Shown piece after piece: positions 62,001 to 64,000 of a stretch of 64,000 bases of DNA. Made by a program: the position numbers and the translations under genes. Source of the DNA: an uncultured Verrucomicrobiota bacterium (GTDB lineage: Bacteria; Verrucomicrobiota; Kiritimatiellia; RFP12; UBA1067); the NCBI GenBank assembly GCA_946544115.1, contig CAMNLW010000001.1, positions 16,392 through 80,391 on the forward strand. The letters run 5' to 3'. The first letter of the stretch is position 1, and each line of letters begins with the position of its first letter. The notes beneath the pieces are model-generated. The model was not told the DNA's origin, searched no databases, and saw only the letters and a program-made list of their open reading frames with translations.

Positions 62001-62115
62001 CGGCGGGAACCGTCCTTCGCGTCTCGACCTTGTCTCGCGCGAGCAGTGGCGACAGTTCTACCAGAGCTATGCGCCCCACCGCACAAGGGTTCTCTTCTAC
62101 CATCAGTTTGAATGA
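58993..62115 (+). CDS. giant GspK-like protein (1040 aa), putative filament tip/cap protein
   Basis: The N-terminus KGSALLIVIGMLSFMVVSAVSFSIYM...LLKAALAHAIDRL resembles the GspK RGxALLxVL leader, which lacks Glu at +5. GTG start with AAGGAG 7 nt upstream, overlapping gspG by 11 nt. I recognise nothing in the remaining ~950 aa. Confidence 0.8.
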   Translation: MIVEKSRKGSALLIVIGMLSFMVVSAVSFSIYMRQSRVPSSYLRRASSSRYLLKAALAHAIDRLDGTFASYADINEPSLGNSSVNGLVEGVYDDPYPGVGPSQSNDNDTYHRRNGDFWDHRVFTPFGMVSPLKTVSTMTLEGLAYVPPALINEARIYSRQTRTAMWRNLSYDMGRYAFSAIDVSDCFDINRVRAGERRTSAPDGRVNLSSLYDTNGSTLDQKLKLWENDDIPFVSVADFNIAAGQSPFTPFYKYIGSTSSEIYSSGDANTVSNALFITDTWFPATNSTTSVKRYDLAGKDQPFMQYPDTMSLRDMITGTTDFCKMLTKNIGVGIACLYDYLDEDSFPISFCLPTVEAAPMICGIGLLHNNSFTPTVAAGNDIVEGEYTKDRQKVKWRATPYRLTKLAGAMLLNGAATFPFKRLGARDGYQTSFTGRALVRIFMGPPSMKCRVAGNSPLYPTKNDWNNSNQTVADGMVSYAVDLDQVQFAQNIEKQDDAVKNLTARLTLQQVNSIVYWLVEQEGMDEEGNRTQFDPYISFDGCAGGLAPRDADGKIESWWTAQTKNPAPTPERLPTQSTVSTAQYVPHIAVWMRLDSGSDTVDIVPARLDDDATWGRRSVNLANQADKFGGAGTPILEFRGQRPFTYSLDNDTGIATVLNGTAESFDNWAEFYAPDPRYNYAPEDWCPSKGNGAVTGAKWLDRLGAKDGSGSIMGKNGRDKDIFMFVSDQEYMQSIGELEFLPLLADLNGSQNFFDNNFLDAMSANLNGADFASRTILSDGDKLSLNGLASRDFMWRTYSAYDGDPIYDLRDGSAPVEVVNGTGDFRVNPFSSDTRVLMAALKDTPFDYYVASTNKTLNNTVNDKPANAQKYAFARGSTYAPLDDDELQDLASAMRTGFTASAKDGRSWESAFEELEWYRNSEYGDEQLSLFGVDLNNPLHGVDRKYLHAFWRDCFQNRQQLFLVFIRAEPLSVGGSASSTAASSQLGARGVALVWRDPAPPVRGGNRPSRLDLVSREQWRQFYQSYAPHRTRVLFYHQFE

Positions 62116-63578
62116 CGGCCGCGGTGCTCCTTCTGGCCGCCGCGACTGCGGCTGGCGCACTCGGCGGCTTCTCCGAAGGGGCCAGGCGCGAGCTCGAGTC
62201 CCGCATATCATCGACCCTTGCAGAGGCGGGGACTTCTTCTGATGTATCGGGAACGGTTACTTTCGCCAACGGCGACTTCTTTTTCATACAGAGCGGATCA
62301 GACGCTCTCAAGGTTCTCACGCGCGGCCCTGTTCGCGCCGACCCGCCGCCACGTGTAGGCGAAATCGTCGAAGTGTCGGGCCGTCCTGTTCTTGAAGGCG
62401 GGCGTGTCGTGATGTCCGCCGACGCGTGGAAGACCGTCGGCGCCGCAGGTCTCCCCGAGCCTGTAGCCGCCGACGCCGACTCTCTCGTCTACGCAGGCCT
62501 GGCGCCACGCGGTAAGTGGCGAGCCGCATCGCGCGATCCAAACGACGTGAACTGGCGTCGCGTGGAGGTCGTCGGCCGCGCAATGGGGCGCACCGAGAAC
62601 GGCTTTTCGCTCGAGGTAGCCGACGGCCTTCTCATAAGCGTGATGATACGCGACAAGCCTTCTTTCATTGCGAACTGCGAACGTCTCCACCCTAAGGTCT
62701 CGGTTCGCGGCGTCGCCGAACTCTTTCTCGACCAGAGCGCGCTCTTCGGACGCGGCAGATATGTGATAGGTGTCAGGCTCTGTTCGGCTTCGGCCGACGA
62801 CGTGACGCTCCTGCCGGATTTAGGCTACCAGATGCGCCTGCACGAGCGGAGAGTGTCCATCGCGCTGTGGTCTTCGGTCGCGGCGCTTGTTCTCGGTCTC
62901 GGCGCGCTCATGCTGGTTCTTGTTCGCCACCGCCGGGACAGCCACGCGACCGCGATGGTCATGGCCGACCGCAAGCGCATGGCCGACGACCTCCACGACA
63001 CCATCGAGCAGCATCTCGCCGGTGCGGGCATGCTGCTCAAGCTCGCGCGCATGCCTGCGAACAATCTCGCCGAGCGCGCCGACCGCCCCATACGCGAGGC
63101 GCAGGACATCCTCGTGCGGGCAAAGCGTGAAATGCGCGACATCGTATGGGGCCTCAAGAATGACGACATGATGCGAAAGTCGCCGGCCGACATGCTGCGC
63201 GAGATGGCGGCCGACATGACGCGCCAGGGACTCTTCAGGGTGAGGACGCGTCTCGTTGGGCTGCCAGAGCGGATGGAAGGCGGCAGAATACGCGATCTTT
63301 CCCTTATCGTCCGCGAGGCGATCGGCAACGCCGTCCGCCATGGCCGCGCCCGCAAGATAGCGGTGACGTGCGATCCGATAGGCGAGGGCCCCGGCTGGTT
63401 CCTGCGCGTCGCGAACGACGGGCGCCCCTTTGACCGCGCCGCTGCGCCAGGCCCCGCCGAGGGACACTTCGGGCTGGAGGGCATGGCCGAACGCGCGCGC
63501 CGCATAGGCGGCGAGCTTTCATTCTCGCGCAAGGGCAAGTGGACCGTTGTCACGTGTGCCGTGCGCGCGGAAATATGA
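62112..63578 (+). CDS. sensor histidine kinase (HisKA_3 / HATPase_c, NarX-LiaS type) with a periplasmic sensor domain
   Basis: Signal/TM segment, ~230-aa extracytoplasmic part, TM helix VSIALWSSVAALVLGLGALMLVLV, H-box ADDLHDTIEQHLAGAG, N-box REAIGNAVRHG, G-boxes VANDGRPF and GHFGLEGMAERA. ATGA overlap with the upstream gene. Confidence 0.88.
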   Translation: MTAAVLLLAAATAAGALGGFSEGARRELESRISSTLAEAGTSSDVSGTVTFANGDFFFIQSGSDALKVLTRGPVRADPPPRVGEIVEVSGRPVLEGGRVVMSADAWKTVGAAGLPEPVAADADSLVYAGLAPRGKWRAASRDPNDVNWRRVEVVGRAMGRTENGFSLEVADGLLISVMIRDKPSFIANCERLHPKVSVRGVAELFLDQSALFGRGRYVIGVRLCSASADDVTLLPDLGYQMRLHERRVSIALWSSVAALVLGLGALMLVLVRHRRDSHATAMVMADRKRMADDLHDTIEQHLAGAGMLLKLARMPANNLAERADRPIREAQDILVRAKREMRDIVWGLKNDDMMRKSPADMLREMAADMTRQGLFRVRTRLVGLPERMEGGRIRDLSLIVREAIGNAVRHGRARKIAVTCDPIGEGPGWFLRVANDGRPFDRAAAPGPAEGHFGLEGMAERARRIGGELSFSRKGKWTVVTCAVRAEI

Positions 63579-63595
63579 TAAAATACCAACTTCTA

Positions 63596-64000
63596 TGAAC
63601 TGCATCAAAGAGAAACGTCAGCTGTCCGACAACGTCTTCTTCATGAAGATCGACGCTCCGCTAATAGCGCGCGAGCGCAAGGCCGGTCAGTTCATCATAC
63701 TTATGGTCGACGAAGAGGCTGGCGAGCGCATACCGCTCACCATCGCAGACGCCGACGAAACGGCAGGGACGATTTCGATCATCTTCCAGACGGTCGGCGC
63801 CACAACAATGAAGCTTTCGCGCCTTGAGCCGGGCGACAGTCTCGCCGCAGTGCTGGGTCCGCTCGGGCGGCCTACCGACATCCGCGGCGCGAACGGCGAA
63901 AAACCCGGCCACGTGGTATGCGTCGGCGGAGGGATCGGCGTCGCGCCGATGCATCCTATCGCCCAGGCGCTCAAGGCCGCCGGGAACCGCGTCACGATAA
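63596..64000 (+). CDS. nfnA: 3'-truncated CDS: NfnA / sulfide-dihydroorotate dehydrogenase-like FAD/NAD-binding subunit
   Basis: Hand translation: MNCIKEKRQLSDNVFFMKIDAPLIARERKAGQFIILMVDEEAGERIPLTIADADETAGTISIIFQTVGATTMKLSRLEPGDSL..VLGPLGRP..VVCVGGGIGVAPMHPIAQALKAAGNRVTI. This matches the family pattern (ERIPLT.AD, GPLG.P, GGG.G.AP..PIA.ALK..GN). The frame is open to the window end and is not in the ORF track. Confidence 0.8.

Overview
GC-rich 64-kb window. I call 38 protein-coding genes; all but nth are on the + strand. I found no rRNA, tRNA, CRISPR array, integrase or transposase. The KKGFTLVE-type prepilin leaders, an H-X9-DG-like prepilin tail and an Amuc_1098-1102-type gene set suggest a PVC-superphylum bacterium (Verrucomicrobiota, Kiritimatiellota or Lentisphaerota-like). 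ackA-pta, feoAAB and nfnA suggest an anaerobe.

Layout:
- 1-23.6 kb: a truncated prepilin-like gene coupled to a 3599-aa secreted protein, a small lipoprotein, and a second secreted protein of about 3950 aa.
- 23.7-26.9 kb: ackA, pta, kpsF.
- 26.9-34.8 kb: a five-gene pilus-like set in the order of Akkermansia Amuc_1102 to Amuc_1098 (PilM-like, Amuc_1100-like, secretin), followed by an AT-richer Listeria-Bacteroides-repeat gene.
- 37.4-46.1 kb: coaE, rho, uvrA, a D-aminoacylase-like amidohydrolase, nth (- strand), a 22-bp palindromic repeat array, rmuC.
- 46.2-52.8 kb: feoA-feoA-feoB, two Cys-rich proteins, a PspC-domain protein, an L,D-transpeptidase, RNase D.
- 52.9-63.6 kb: gspF, seven consecutive prepilin genes, a 1040-aa GspK-like gene and a coupled orphan histidine kinase, then a truncated nfnA-like gene.

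Most interesting: the type IV-filament/T2SS-like machinery is split into two loci and ends in an oversized GspK-like gene. Next are the 23-kb giant-protein module as its possible cargo, the phased palindromic array between leaderless nth and rmuC, and the Cys-rich porin next to feo.

All domain calls come from reading motifs by eye; no HMM or BLAST search was run. CDS ends follow the supplied ORF track. Several starts were moved to internal ATG/GTG/TTG codons and may be off, and hand-counted coordinates of small sites may be off by 1 nt.
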